Shown: positions 26,274 through 35,947, counted from the stretch's first letter. The stretch is 50,092 nt of DNA from a virus (IMGVR_UViG_3300031576_000068:1-50092), one strand, 5' to 3'. Notes: a model not told the origin generated them from the letters alone. Numbers and translations: made by a program.

Positions 26274-27260
26274 ATGAGCAAGATCATCCGCGTCACCAAC
26301 CAGACCGAGTTCGAGAAGGCGCTGAAGGCGAATGGCTCCGAGATCCACCTGGCCGACAACGGGATCTACTCCATCAGCACCGGCGAACACCTGATCATCG
26401 TTGACGCCGGCTTCTCACCTACGGTCGTGGCGTGGGGGTCGTCGAGCCCGACGGTCGAGGCGTGGGAGTCGTCGAGCCCGAGGGTCGTGGCGCGGGAGTC
26501 GTCGAGCCCGAGGGTCGTGGCGTGGGGGTCGTCGAGCCCGACGGTCGTGGCGTGGGAGTCGTCGAGCCCGAGGGTCGTGGCGTGGGGGTCGTCGAGCCCG
26601 ACGGTCGAGGCGTGGGCGTCGTCGAGCCCGAGGGTCGTGGCGTGGGGGTCGTCGAGCCCGAGGGTCGTGGCGTGGGGGTCGTCGAGCCCGAGGGTCGTGG
26701 CGTGGGGGTCGTCGAGCCCGACGGTCGAGGCGCGGGGGTCGTCGAGCCCGAGGGTCGTGGCGTGGGAGTCGTCGAGCCAGAGGGGTTCCGTTGGAAAATT
26801 CGCAGTGATCGTCGGGCAGGCTCTGGACCGAGCGAAGATCAATATCCCAGGTCTGATCGTGCTCCCAACGCCCAAGATCGAAACGGCGTCCGATTGGTGC
26901 GACTACTACGGCGTTTCGGTCGAGGGGGACATCGCGATCCTCTACAAGGCCGTGGGGGACGATTACCGAAGCCATCGCGGTTTTCTCTATCAGCCGGGAA
27001 CGCGCGTCGAGTGCCAGGATTGGGACGGCGGTAAGGAAGAGTGCGGGGGCGGGCTCCACTTCTCACCTTCGCCCGGAGCCGCTCTCAACTTCAATCCAGA
27101 CGCGAAGCGCTTCATGGCCTGCCCCGTCGCTCTCGCCGACATCGTGGTCCACAAGAACGCCGAGTATCCCGCAAAGATCAAAGCACAGCGCAGCTGTGGG
27201 CCGTGCTTGGAAGTGGACATCGACGGGAACAGGATCGAGCAGAAGGAGAGTGCGGCGTGA
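26274..27260 (+). CDS. Repeat-solenoid protein with conserved C-terminal phage domain (DUF7666-like)
   Basis: 12 decapeptide repeats then LYKAV...YQPG...ECGGGLHF...KIKA. Confidence 0.75.
   Translation: MSKIIRVTNQTEFEKALKANGSEIHLADNGIYSISTGEHLIIVDAGFSPTVVAWGSSSPTVEAWESSSPRVVARESSSPRVVAWGSSSPTVVAWESSSPRVVAWGSSSPTVEAWASSSPRVVAWGSSSPRVVAWGSSSPRVVAWGSSSPTVEARGSSSPRVVAWESSSQRGSVGKFAVIVGQALDRAKINIPGLIVLPTPKIETASDWCDYYGVSVEGDIAILYKAVGDDYRSHRGFLYQPGTRVECQDWDGGKEECGGGLHFSPSPGAALNFNPDAKRFMACPVALADIVVHKNAEYPAKIKAQRSCGPCLEVDIDGNRIEQKESAA
26421..26780 (+). repeat. 12 x 30-bp tandem repeat
   Basis: A(C/G)GGTCG(T/A)GGCG(T/C)GGG(G/A/C)GTCGTCGAGCCCG units. Confidence 0.97.
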
Positions 27261-27407
27261 CGCCGTGTCAGGGTCCTCACTGGCCCCTCAACGCGAAGCC
27301 CCAGGCACGTTTCAGGTCCGTGAAGCCGAAGGCGTGGAGCCTCTGTGCTGACTGCGCGTTCGCGGCATTTCTCGGAGGAGCGCACATCGTTCCGCTCCCC
27401 CCCCATT

Positions 27408-27615
27408 TCGGTCCCCGCGGAAACGAGGACCGAGGCCGAGGCGCTAGGGCTCATGGGGATCTAGCGCCCCGTGCTCTCTGATCCTCGGGGGATAGCCATC
27501 CCACGCGAGTGGACGTCCAGGCCCTCGCGTTGACCCCGGGGATCAGTGAGGACGGTCGCGGCATCGCATACGGGAACGTGCAACGTCGCCGGAGGGTCCG
27601 GTGGCCGGGGCCGTC
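27408..27615 (+). ncRNA. Candidate structured RNA element A
   Basis: Successive stems TCGGTCC/GGACCGA, GGCGCTAG/CTAGCGCC, CTGATCCTCGGGG/CCCCGGGGATCAG enclosing ACGCGAG/CTCGCGT, and GACGGTC/GGCCGTC. Confidence 0.4.
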
Positions 27616-27631
27616 TACTTTGAGGATAAGT

Positions 27632-28129
27632 ATGAGCGGCATGACGCCATCGCAGCACGAGATCGGTTACTTCCTGTCTCGTTTCGATAAGCTGGACGCC
27701 GAACAGTGTTGGCTCTTGAAATCAACGGGGCATAGCAATTATTACGGCGAAGTTCGGGTAGGCGGAAAACGGGAAGGCGCGCACAGATTTTCCTATCGCT
27801 ACTTCTTCGGTCCAATTCCGGATGGTCTTCAAGTCCTACATCGTTGTGATACGCCGCCCTGTGTAAATCCTAGCCACCTATTTTTAGGAACCCAAGCCGA
27901 CAATATGATCGACAGGGATCGTAAGGGGCGTGCCCGCACGCCGCACGGCGAGACGGCCGGCCCATCCAAACTGACACCGGATCAGGTGCATTCAATCCGC
28001 TCTCTATTCCGTGAAGGAAACCTCAGCAACGCTGCAATCGGGAGGCGCTACGGAATTACGCGTGAAGCGGTTTGCCTGATTGGGCTAGGCAAGAATTGGC
28101 GTCATCTACCGGAGGCAACATGGCCATAA
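27632..28129 (+). CDS. HNH homing endonuclease
   Basis: AHRFSY, VLHRCDTPPCVNPSHLFLGT, C-terminal HTH-like region. Confidence 0.93.
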   Translation: MSGMTPSQHEIGYFLSRFDKLDAEQCWLLKSTGHSNYYGEVRVGGKREGAHRFSYRYFFGPIPDGLQVLHRCDTPPCVNPSHLFLGTQADNMIDRDRKGRARTPHGETAGPSKLTPDQVHSIRSLFREGNLSNAAIGRRYGITREAVCLIGLGKNWRHLPEATWP

Positions 28130-29175
28130 AGATTTTGAGGAAGGGCCTGCCCGTCCTTGGCAAGGTGAAAATAGGCGGCTTGAATTACGAGAAGCCCTTC
28201 AAGGGCAAGTCGGACGGGCTCACGCACTACCCGCCGATGAAGTGGGACCACTTCAAGATTTTCACGACCGAGAAGGACCAGAAGGGTGCGCCGGTACTCG
28301 ACGGCGGGATCATGGAGCAGCTCGGCGAGAAGCCCACGGAGCTCGACATCGTTCTGCCCTTCGATGATCCGGAACTGTGCTTCCGGACGGAGCTCGGCTA
28401 CTACCGGGGCGGGACGCGCTACTGCTTCGGGGACGGCGAGAAGGCCTTCCGCCTCGAGGTGCGCGGAAAGAACGGCAACCTTCCCATCTACGGCGAGCGC
28501 AAGCCCCACCTTCCATGCGGGGAGACCTGTGAGGACTTGGTGTCCCGCCGGTGCAAGCCCTCTGGAACGCTCTCCTTCCTCCTGAAGCAGCAGCCCTTCG
28601 TGGGCGGCGTTTACGTTTTCAGAACCCACGGCTGGCGTAGCGTCGCGAATATCCAGGAGTCGATCAACGCGATCCTGATGGTGACCCGCGGACTGCTCGC
28701 GTGGATCCCGCTCAAGCTCTCCGTGCAGATGGAGATGGTGCAGCCCAAGGACGGCGGCGCCGCGCAGCTCGCGCCGATCGTGAAGCTATTCTTTCCAGGC
28801 TCGCCGATCGAGCTCTTGGGCGAGCGGAAGAAGCTGCTCGAGATCCAGGGACCGCTCCAGGCCGAGATCAAGCGTCTGGAGGCAGGGCTCGTGAATCAGC
28901 CCGCGCCAGAACCGACGGCGGAAGAGGCGGCGGAGATCGAAGAGGAGTTCTACCCGGAGAATGCGGTGGCTCCCACGGCCGCGCCGGGGAACGGTGACGG
29001 CGGCTTCCTCGACACGGCCGGCGGCGAGGCCCCGCCCGAACCGGAGCCCCCACCCGCGAAGAGCGCGGAGACGCGGAAGGAGTCCACCCGACGGGCCGCG
29101 CAGCGATCGGCTGAGCCGAAGGTCGCGCCCGCCCAGGACGAGCCGCCCCCCCTCGACGACGGAGACCTGTTCTAG
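28120..29175 (+). CDS. phiC31 gp3-like recombination directionality factor / ssDNA-annealing-type protein
   Basis: LGKVKIG, P.KWDHF, PTELDIVL, CFGDGE, CKPSGTLSFLL, YVFRTHGW motifs; fits presence of a serine integrase. Confidence 0.7.
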   Translation: MAIKILRKGLPVLGKVKIGGLNYEKPFKGKSDGLTHYPPMKWDHFKIFTTEKDQKGAPVLDGGIMEQLGEKPTELDIVLPFDDPELCFRTELGYYRGGTRYCFGDGEKAFRLEVRGKNGNLPIYGERKPHLPCGETCEDLVSRRCKPSGTLSFLLKQQPFVGGVYVFRTHGWRSVANIQESINAILMVTRGLLAWIPLKLSVQMEMVQPKDGGAAQLAPIVKLFFPGSPIELLGERKKLLEIQGPLQAEIKRLEAGLVNQPAPEPTAEEAAEIEEEFYPENAVAPTAAPGNGDGGFLDTAGGEAPPEPEPPPAKSAETRKESTRRAAQRSAEPKVAPAQDEPPPLDDGDLF

Positions 29176-30333
29176 ATGAACGCCACCGACACTGGCCTCA
29201 TGGCCTTCAGCTATTCACGATTCAATACCTTCGACCGCTGTCCTCTTTGGTTCCGGCTCCGCTACATCGACCGGATTCCAGAGGCCGACTCAGCCCCGCT
29301 CGTCACGGGCCGGATCGCGCACGAAGTCGCCGAGGCTTACGGGAAGCACTGCATCGGGAATGGCGTGGCGACGGACTTTGCCTTCTTCGATGATCTCGCG
29401 CGCCGGGCCTGCTCGGATGCGCCGGCGGAAGTCGGGGCGGATCTCCGGGGGATCCTTGACACGATGCGGGACACGATCTCGTTCATCGAGGGCCCGGCGT
29501 CTCGGATCGAGGAGGAGCTGGCCTTCGATCGGGAGTGGCGGCCAGTCGCGTGGGACGACCCGGCCGTGTTCTTCCGCGCGAAAATCGACAAGCGGATGAC
29601 GACGGACGAAGGGGTCATCGTTTGGGACTTGAAAACTGATCGCCGCATTCCCCCTGCCTCCGACCTTCCGACGAATCCGCAGCTTCGGATCTACGCCTAT
29701 CTCGTCACCCTGCTCGACCCGGACGTCCAGTCGATCACCGTCGTTCTGTTTTTCGGGCGTTACGGTCGCTCGCAGTCCTGGACGTTCACCCGCGAGGAGG
29801 CGGAGAGCTACGGGAAGGAAATCGAGCGGAAGGCCGAGCGGATCGAGGTGGAGATGGAGTGGACCCCGCGGCTTGGGGAAGCGTGCCGGATCTGCCCGTA
29901 CACGGCGCGGTGCGAGGCGTTCCAGTCGGCCTACGCGGGAATGGATTTCCTCGTGCGCGACGAGGAGCACGCCCGCGAGCTCGCCGCGCGTCGCGAGGCC
30001 GTGGGCGCCGCCTACGATCTGCTCACGGAATCGCTCAAGGCCCACGTCGAGGCCCACGGCCGGATCGCGCTCCCTGACGGGCGCGTGCTTGATTTCGTCC
30101 CGGGAACGAAGGTGACGTTCGAGGACGTGCGGGCTGTCGTCGCGTTCCTCCGGAAGGAACTGGGAGACGATCTCGCGTGGGCGGCGCTGTCCACGACGAA
30201 GACGCAGGTCACGAAGGTGATCCGGAAAGCCAAGCGCAAGGACCTGATCGACGCCGCGCTCGCGCTCGGGACGGAGACGCCGACGACCACGTTCAAGATC
30301 GCGAAGAAGGGCGAGGAGGGGGAGGAAGGGTGA
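29176..30333 (+). CDS. PD-(D/E)XK nuclease (RecB/AddB/Cas4-like)
   Basis: SYSRFNTFDRCP, GRIAHE, AKID...WDLKT, QLRIY, CRICPYTARC. Confidence 0.9.
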   Translation: MNATDTGLMAFSYSRFNTFDRCPLWFRLRYIDRIPEADSAPLVTGRIAHEVAEAYGKHCIGNGVATDFAFFDDLARRACSDAPAEVGADLRGILDTMRDTISFIEGPASRIEEELAFDREWRPVAWDDPAVFFRAKIDKRMTTDEGVIVWDLKTDRRIPPASDLPTNPQLRIYAYLVTLLDPDVQSITVVLFFGRYGRSQSWTFTREEAESYGKEIERKAERIEVEMEWTPRLGEACRICPYTARCEAFQSAYAGMDFLVRDEEHARELAARREAVGAAYDLLTESLKAHVEAHGRIALPDGRVLDFVPGTKVTFEDVRAVVAFLRKELGDDLAWAALSTTKTQVTKVIRKAKRKDLIDAALALGTETPTTTFKIAKKGEEGEEG

Positions 30334-31424
30334 ACCTCAAGTTACATCCGATCGTTCACCTCTTTCCTCGCATGCCGAAGGAGGAGTTTGACGAGCTGGT
30401 CGCGGACATTCGCGCGCACGGGCTCAGGCGCCCGCTTCTAGTTCACCACGGCCAGATCCTGGACGGGCGCCACCGATGGGAAGCTGCGGAGAAACTCGGG
30501 ATCGATTGCCAGACCGAGGAATGGGACGGGCGGGGCTCGCTTACCGACCTGGTGATCTCGCTCAACCTCAAGCGTAGGCACCTGAACCAGAGCCAGAAGG
30601 GGACGGTCGTTGTAGGGGCCGAGAAATTCTATGCGGAGGAATTAAAGGCAAACCAGCGCCTATCCCAAGGACGCGGGAAAAAAGGTGTGGCAGGAATGCC
30701 ACCCCTTATTCGAGGCAAAGCGCGTGATCACGCGGCCAAGAAAATTGGCGTGAGCCCTCGCTATGTCCAGGACGCGAAGGCAATCCAAAAGCGCGCGCCG
30801 GAACGGTTCGAAGAGATCAAGGCCGGGAAGGCGACCATCTCACAGGTGAAGCGGGACCTTTCTCGCGCAGATCGGATCGAGAAACTAGTCCCGAAGTCAC
30901 TTCCCCCAAGCGGCGAAGATCGGCGCGTCCCCCTCCTCCTCGCCGATCCGCCGTGGCGCTACGAACATGTCGTCACGGAGAGCCGTGCGATCGAGAACCA
31001 GTACCCGACCATGAGCCACGACGAAATCAAGGCCTACCCGGTGGCCCGGCTCGCAACCGACGATGCGGTCCTGTTCCTGTGGGCTACGAGCCCGAAGCTG
31101 GCCGAGGCGCTCGAAGTCATGGCGACCTGGGGTTTCACCTATCGGACCTCGCTCGTGTGGGTGAAGGACAAGATCGGGATGGGCTACTGGGCGCGGCAGC
31201 GCCACGAGCTACTCCTGGTCGGCACGCGCGGCAATCCTCCCGCACCGGAACCTGCGAACCGGCCCGACTCGGTGTTCTCGGCGCCACGTGGCCGACACAG
31301 TGAGAAACCGGCCATCGTCTACGAGATCCTCGAAAGCCTGTATCCGGAATGGAAGGACAACCGAAGAGAGGTCTTCGCGCGGTCCAAGCGAGATGGCTGG
31401 TTGTGCTTGGGTAACGAAATATGA
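30330..31424 (+). CDS. ParB-like domain fused to MT-A70 family adenine methyltransferase
   Basis: ILDGRHRW and SLNLKRRHL (ParB N-terminal); ADPPW, LFLWAT, WVKDKIGMG, HELLLVG, HSEKP, EVFAR (MT-A70). Confidence 0.92.
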   Translation: MNLKLHPIVHLFPRMPKEEFDELVADIRAHGLRRPLLVHHGQILDGRHRWEAAEKLGIDCQTEEWDGRGSLTDLVISLNLKRRHLNQSQKGTVVVGAEKFYAEELKANQRLSQGRGKKGVAGMPPLIRGKARDHAAKKIGVSPRYVQDAKAIQKRAPERFEEIKAGKATISQVKRDLSRADRIEKLVPKSLPPSGEDRRVPLLLADPPWRYEHVVTESRAIENQYPTMSHDEIKAYPVARLATDDAVLFLWATSPKLAEALEVMATWGFTYRTSLVWVKDKIGMGYWARQRHELLLVGTRGNPPAPEPANRPDSVFSAPRGRHSEKPAIVYEILESLYPEWKDNRREVFARSKRDGWLCLGNEI

Positions 31425-32035
31425 ATGGCGATGTTCGTTCCGTGATTCACGACTTCACAGAGCGCCTTGAGTTCTCTGCCAGGTTGAGCGACGAGGGGAA
31501 TTGGATGGACTTCTACCGTCGCCTTTGGCCGGAGATGCTCTCCTGTGTACGCATCGACGCGGATAGCAAGTGGCAGCGTGGCGGCGTGGACCGGATGATC
31601 CTTCTGCCAGACAGCAAGCAGATCCTGATCGACGAGAAGAAACGCGAAAAGGACTACGGCGACATCCTGATCGAAGAGTGGTCGGTTTTCTACGGCGACG
31701 CAGATCCGCGCAACAAGATCGGCTGGACGCTCGACAGGAAGAAGGTCTGCGATTACGTCGCCTATGCCGTCCTTCCTTCGAGCCGCTGCTACCTGCTCCC
31801 AAGCGAAATTCTGCGCCTTGCGGCAGAGCACAACCTTGGAAAATGGAGAGCGGATCGGAGCAAGTATCCGAAGGACGCGAAGAACAACGGCTACGTCACC
31901 CGGAACGTGGCAGTTAGTTGGCCGGATCTGCGCCGCGCGATCTGCGAGCAGATGTTGCGGCGATATGGAGACTCGAACGGATCGCCTTTGCCGATGCCCG
32001 TCGAGTTCCGCACTCAACTCAACTTCAACTGGTGA
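31421..32035 (+). CDS. Putative PD-(D/E)XK restriction-endonuclease-like protein
   Basis: QRGGVD...IDEK...DILIEEWS...GW; ATGA overlap with MTase. Confidence 0.55.
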   Translation: MNGDVRSVIHDFTERLEFSARLSDEGNWMDFYRRLWPEMLSCVRIDADSKWQRGGVDRMILLPDSKQILIDEKKREKDYGDILIEEWSVFYGDADPRNKIGWTLDRKKVCDYVAYAVLPSSRCYLLPSEILRLAAEHNLGKWRADRSKYPKDAKNNGYVTRNVAVSWPDLRRAICEQMLRRYGDSNGSPLPMPVEFRTQLNFNW

Positions 32036-32041
32036 GCTTCG

Positions 32042-33973
32042 ATGGAACTAACCACGATCCGCCTCAAGGATTTCCTCTCCCACCGCGACACGATCCTCAC
32101 CTTCGGCACGAAGATCCAGATCGTGCATGGGGCGAACGGTGCGGGGAAGTCGAGCTTGATAGACGCAATCGCCTACGTGCTTCTCGGGGAGCCGCTCCGC
32201 GCCGAGCTGCTCAAGAAGGAACACGGCGAGCTGATCCGCCACGGCGCGAAGGAAGCGACCGTCGAGCTTTCCCTGCCAGGCCTTCACATCGTCCGGACGA
32301 TCACAGCCACCACGCGCACCCTCACACTGGAGCGGAACGGCGAGCCCGTCGTGGGCGGGCAGGATGCGTTGCAGCAAGTCGTCTACGACGCGCTCGGCAC
32401 GTCCGCCCAGGCCCTTCGCACGGCCATCGACTCCGAGCGGTTCCTGCACCTGTCCCCGGCCGAGCGGAAATCGCTCCTGTTCGGGCTGGCGAAGGAGCCG
32501 TTCACGGCCGTGACGATTGCCGAGCGACTTCGGCGCGCTCTTGGGTCTGGCGATTCCGATCTGCCGGTGGGCGGAGTCGCCGAGCTCGCGGCCGCGCAGG
32601 GCTTCCCAGCCGCCGAGAAGCACGCCGTCGAGCAGCGCCGCCAGGCCAAGCGCGACGCCGACGCGCAGGAGGACGTGCTGAGCCACCTGCCCCCGGCCAT
32701 GTTCGCCACGGCCGCCGGCAAGACAATCTCGCTCGAGAACGTGAAGCCCGAGGCGGTCGCCGAGCAGGTGGCGAAGCTCGAGGACGAGCGGGACGCCCTG
32801 GTCGAAGCCCGCGGGGCCCGGGCCCAGGCCGAGCCCGAGGACGTGGAGGCGCTCGAGAAGCGGGCAGAGGAGATGGCTGTCCGCTCGTGCGTTCTGCGCG
32901 GCGAGCAGGCGGGTCTCAAGGGCGGGCGGTTGGCCGACGAGATCCCGGCCCTCATGAGGGAGCGGGACGCTGCGGCGCACGCGCTCGATCTGGCCAGGCG
33001 CTCCCTGGCCGAGGCGCAGGCGGAGCTCAAGGCCACGCCGGCGGACCCGGAGCCGCAGGCCGAGGGCTGCGCGGCCTGCGGGCGGGCCTACGATGCCGAC
33101 GCCCTGGCAGAGGCGAAGAAGCGGCACGCGGGGGTGCTACAGGGCCTCTCCGACCGGCGCGAGCGGTGGGGACTGGCGGTGAAGATGGCGCAGAGCACGC
33201 TCGCCGAGGCCGAGCAGCTGTGCGGGAGCGCGCAGGAAGCCCTCGATCTCACCGAGAAGGGGACCGGACGCGCGAAGGAGATCGAGCGGGAACTTGCCCT
33301 GCTCGCCGAGGAGAAGCCGCGGCTGGGCGAGCGGATCGCGGCGGCGAGGAAGGCCCTAGCGGCGGCGCGTGCCGAGGATCCCACGCCGAAGATCGAGCGG
33401 CTTGACGCGCGGATCGCGGAAGGGCGCCGGATGGTCCGGGCGGTCGAGGACTACCTGGCCGGGCGCGAGCGGTCGGCCGCGGCAAAGGCGGTGATCAAGG
33501 GGGCCCTCGCGCGCGCCGAGCTTTACGACGCGCTTCAGAAGGCCCTCTCGTCTTCAGGCATCCCGGCCGACATTGCGCGGGAGACGATGGGGCCGGTGCG
33601 CGAGCGGATCGACGAGGCTGGGAAGAAGCTCGGGCTCGCCGTCGAACTGACTGACGACTGCGAGGTCCTGATCGAGGGCCGGGACGCGCGGCTCGCCTCG
33701 AAGTCGGAGCGGCTGCGAGCCGGGATCCTCGTGCAGCACGCGGTCTGTCAGGCGGCCGGGCTGCGGCTGCTCCTGCTCGATCTCGATGTGACGCTTGACC
33801 CCGAGATGAAGAAGCTGGTCAACGCGACGGTGGCGGGGATCGCGGGGGCCTACGATCGCGTGATTATCCTGCTCACGATTACTGCCGAGGGTGTCCGGGC
33901 GAGCCGGGGCCAGATCACGAACTGGATCATCTCGGGCGGCGACGTGGAGATGGTTGAGAGGGAGGCGGCGTGA
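32042..33973 (+). CDS. SbcC/Rad50-like coiled-coil ATPase
   Basis: LKDFLSH, Walker A GANGAGKSS, long coiled coil, CAAC zinc hook, degenerate signature and Walker B. Confidence 0.85.
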   Translation: MELTTIRLKDFLSHRDTILTFGTKIQIVHGANGAGKSSLIDAIAYVLLGEPLRAELLKKEHGELIRHGAKEATVELSLPGLHIVRTITATTRTLTLERNGEPVVGGQDALQQVVYDALGTSAQALRTAIDSERFLHLSPAERKSLLFGLAKEPFTAVTIAERLRRALGSGDSDLPVGGVAELAAAQGFPAAEKHAVEQRRQAKRDADAQEDVLSHLPPAMFATAAGKTISLENVKPEAVAEQVAKLEDERDALVEARGARAQAEPEDVEALEKRAEEMAVRSCVLRGEQAGLKGGRLADEIPALMRERDAAAHALDLARRSLAEAQAELKATPADPEPQAEGCAACGRAYDADALAEAKKRHAGVLQGLSDRRERWGLAVKMAQSTLAEAEQLCGSAQEALDLTEKGTGRAKEIERELALLAEEKPRLGERIAAARKALAAARAEDPTPKIERLDARIAEGRRMVRAVEDYLAGRERSAAAKAVIKGALARAELYDALQKALSSSGIPADIARETMGPVRERIDEAGKKLGLAVELTDDCEVLIEGRDARLASKSERLRAGILVQHAVCQAAGLRLLLLDLDVTLDPEMKKLVNATVAGIAGAYDRVIILLTITAEGVRASRGQITNWIISGGDVEMVEREAA

Positions 33974-34188
33974 GAGAGAACGAGCCGACCTGCACCTTCG
34001 AAGACTGCGAAGCCATCGCGGAGAGCCCGAAGGCGATCCTCGTAAAGTTCCCGGGCGGTGACGGGCCGGAGGGCGAGCACTGGGTTCCCAAGAGTCAGAT
34101 CCACGACGACTCGGAAGTCTACGAGGCCAGCGGGGCCGGCACGCTCGTCGTGAGCGAGTGGCTCGCGAAGCAAAAGGGGTGGGCATGA
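33970..34188 (+). CDS. Small conserved-looking phage protein
   Basis: ESPKAILV...WVPKSQI...EWLAKQKG. Confidence 0.7.
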   Translation: MRENEPTCTFEDCEAIAESPKAILVKFPGGDGPEGEHWVPKSQIHDDSEVYEASGAGTLVVSEWLAKQKGWA

Positions 34189-34562
34189 CCCGCGCAGCCT
34201 TGGCGAGAGCGGCCCCGAGCCCGAGCCGGCGGGCTTCGAACAAGAGGCACGACGGTCCCTGTCACGGCCGCGACCCGGAAGGCCACGGGCATCGGTTCTG
34301 CGAGTTCGGGAAGGTATGGGCTCCGTTGTTTGAGGAGTACGAACGGTGGCAGGCCGAGCAAGCCGCGCTCCCTCCGTGGGAGCCGTGCCTGTTCTGCGGC
34401 GTGCCGTGTCGGGCGGGTAAGGCGCACGGGTGCGCGGAGACGGAGCGGGGTGAAGGGGGGTGAGGCATATCACAGCGCGACTATGTACCCAATGCTGGCA
34501 CTATCACACGGCAAGCGTGGTCTGCATATTACGCCGCCCTCCGGTGTGAGCGGTGGGCCATG

Positions 34563-34752
34563 AGAGAGATGGACCGACACCGAAACACCAGCGGTGCTGG
34601 CAGGACCCGACCCGTTGCCACACGGCAACCGCATCGGCCTTCGGTCCTTCTCTCTGACGGTCACGGCGGCGCTAGGAATTAGGGGAACGACTGTTCACCC
34701 CTAACGAAACCATGAGGCCGGTAGTGCCAATGCGCCCCGGCTCGTGACCGTC
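34563..34752 (+). ncRNA. Candidate structured RNA element B
   Basis: Two adjacent multibranch domains closed by AGAGAGA-T-GGACCGA/TCGGTCC-T-TCTCTCT and GACGGTCACG/CGTGACCGTC. Confidence 0.5.
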
Positions 34753-34769
34753 TTCAACGAGGAGGAGCG

Positions 34770-35123
34770 ATGACCTGGGAGGAGGAGGCGAGGGCGCTGC
34801 TGGAGCGGGCGGCACGTCTCAACGCCGACGCTACGGCAAAGTGGATGTCTCATGCGATGACAGGTAATGAGGCGATCTACAGCGTGCTTATCACTTTGGA
34901 GCAGGATATCCGCGCCTTTCTCGCCAAGCCGCGCGATAGAAACACAACTCCCGGTGGCGGTCAATTCCCCGACACGCCAGGCCCGTCTCCTCCGATAAAA
35001 TCGCCAGAGCCTGAGATACCACAGGACATAGCGCGGGATGCGGTGGAGGTGTGCCGAGAACTATTCGAGGAGCAGACGCAGAACTGGAATCTTGCCCGCT
35101 CCGTCGTCGAGCGGATGGAGTAA
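34770..35123 (+). CDS. Hypothetical protein
   Basis: GAGGAGGAG RBS, 117 aa. Confidence 0.6.
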   Translation: MTWEEEARALLERAARLNADATAKWMSHAMTGNEAIYSVLITLEQDIRAFLAKPRDRNTTPGGGQFPDTPGPSPPIKSPEPEIPQDIARDAVEVCRELFEEQTQNWNLARSVVERME

Positions 35124-35421
35124 CGATGAGTGAGTCGAATATTATCACACAAATTGACGACCTCATCCACCAAGCCGAAACCGAGCGCAGCCACTACTAC
35201 ACGGCCAATACGCTTAGGATCGCCCGTGTACACTTACTCCGCTCCGAGAGAACGGCGCGCGAGCGGGATGCGCTGCTGAAGGCGGCTAAGATCGCCGCTA
35301 GAACCCTCTTTGACTTCGAGCGCGCTCTGCGCATATTGCGGCACGATATGGCTGCTAAAGCGGCAGCCATCGCAGGAGTCGAAACTGAGAAAGCCATCGC
35401 CGCGTGCGAGAAGGAGACTTG

Positions 35422-35691
35422 ATGAAGCCCGGAACTCATATTCGACTGCCAGACGGACGTAAGGCTACAGTCGTTTATAACGGGCTTGATGGGGTTGGCA
35501 TCAAGTGGGGGATACACAATCCAGATCCTTCTATCTTTGATGGCACAACAGGTGGAATGTTTGATGATGTTACTCGTCTCGGGATCGATAGGGGCACGTT
35601 CGAGTGGTTCCCCGATGCGATGCTGCGTGATCCTTATCTGTCAGCGGATTTGCCATGTGTAGGTGAGTCCTACACCATCATTGATGGCTAA
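35422..35691 (+). CDS. Hypothetical protein
   Basis: AAGGAG RBS, TGATG overlap; MKPGTHIRLPDGRKATVVYNGLDG. Confidence 0.6.
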   Translation: MKPGTHIRLPDGRKATVVYNGLDGVGIKWGIHNPDPSIFDGTTGGMFDDVTRLGIDRGTFEWFPDAMLRDPYLSADLPCVGESYTIIDG

Positions 35692-35947
35692 GCCAGTTCC
35701 GTGCGAGAAGGAGGACGGATGAGCCGGGCGGCGAAAAAGGCGGCTTTCCAGTGGGATGACCATTCATTCCGGCACAGGGATTGTTCAAGTGATTGCTTCA
35801 TGGAGATCATCGACGCCGCCCTCGCCCCCGAGCGGGAAGCGGCGCGGAGGTTGAGGGATACGGCGTTCTCCGTATTGAACACGACGGCTAACTGGAAGAA
35901 CGGCGACCTACGCGAAGCCATCGCCCACTTCGACGCGGTGACTGAAA

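Noticed and set aside
26421-26780. CRISPR array or DGR variable repeat
   Set aside because: Units are contiguous with no unique spacers, in frame within a gene; no cas operon or reverse transcriptase in the genome
27257-28129. Group I intron carrying the HNH gene
   Set aside because: Flanking genes appear complete and no intron core elements were recognised
29176-30333. Cas4 as part of a CRISPR system
   Set aside because: No array or other cas genes; context is phage recombination
34668-34720. Hammerhead or pistol ribozyme
   Set aside because: CGAAAC follows a hairpin but the CUGANGA core is absent (CTAGGAA); TTAGGG/CCCTAA forms a plain stem, not the pistol arrangement
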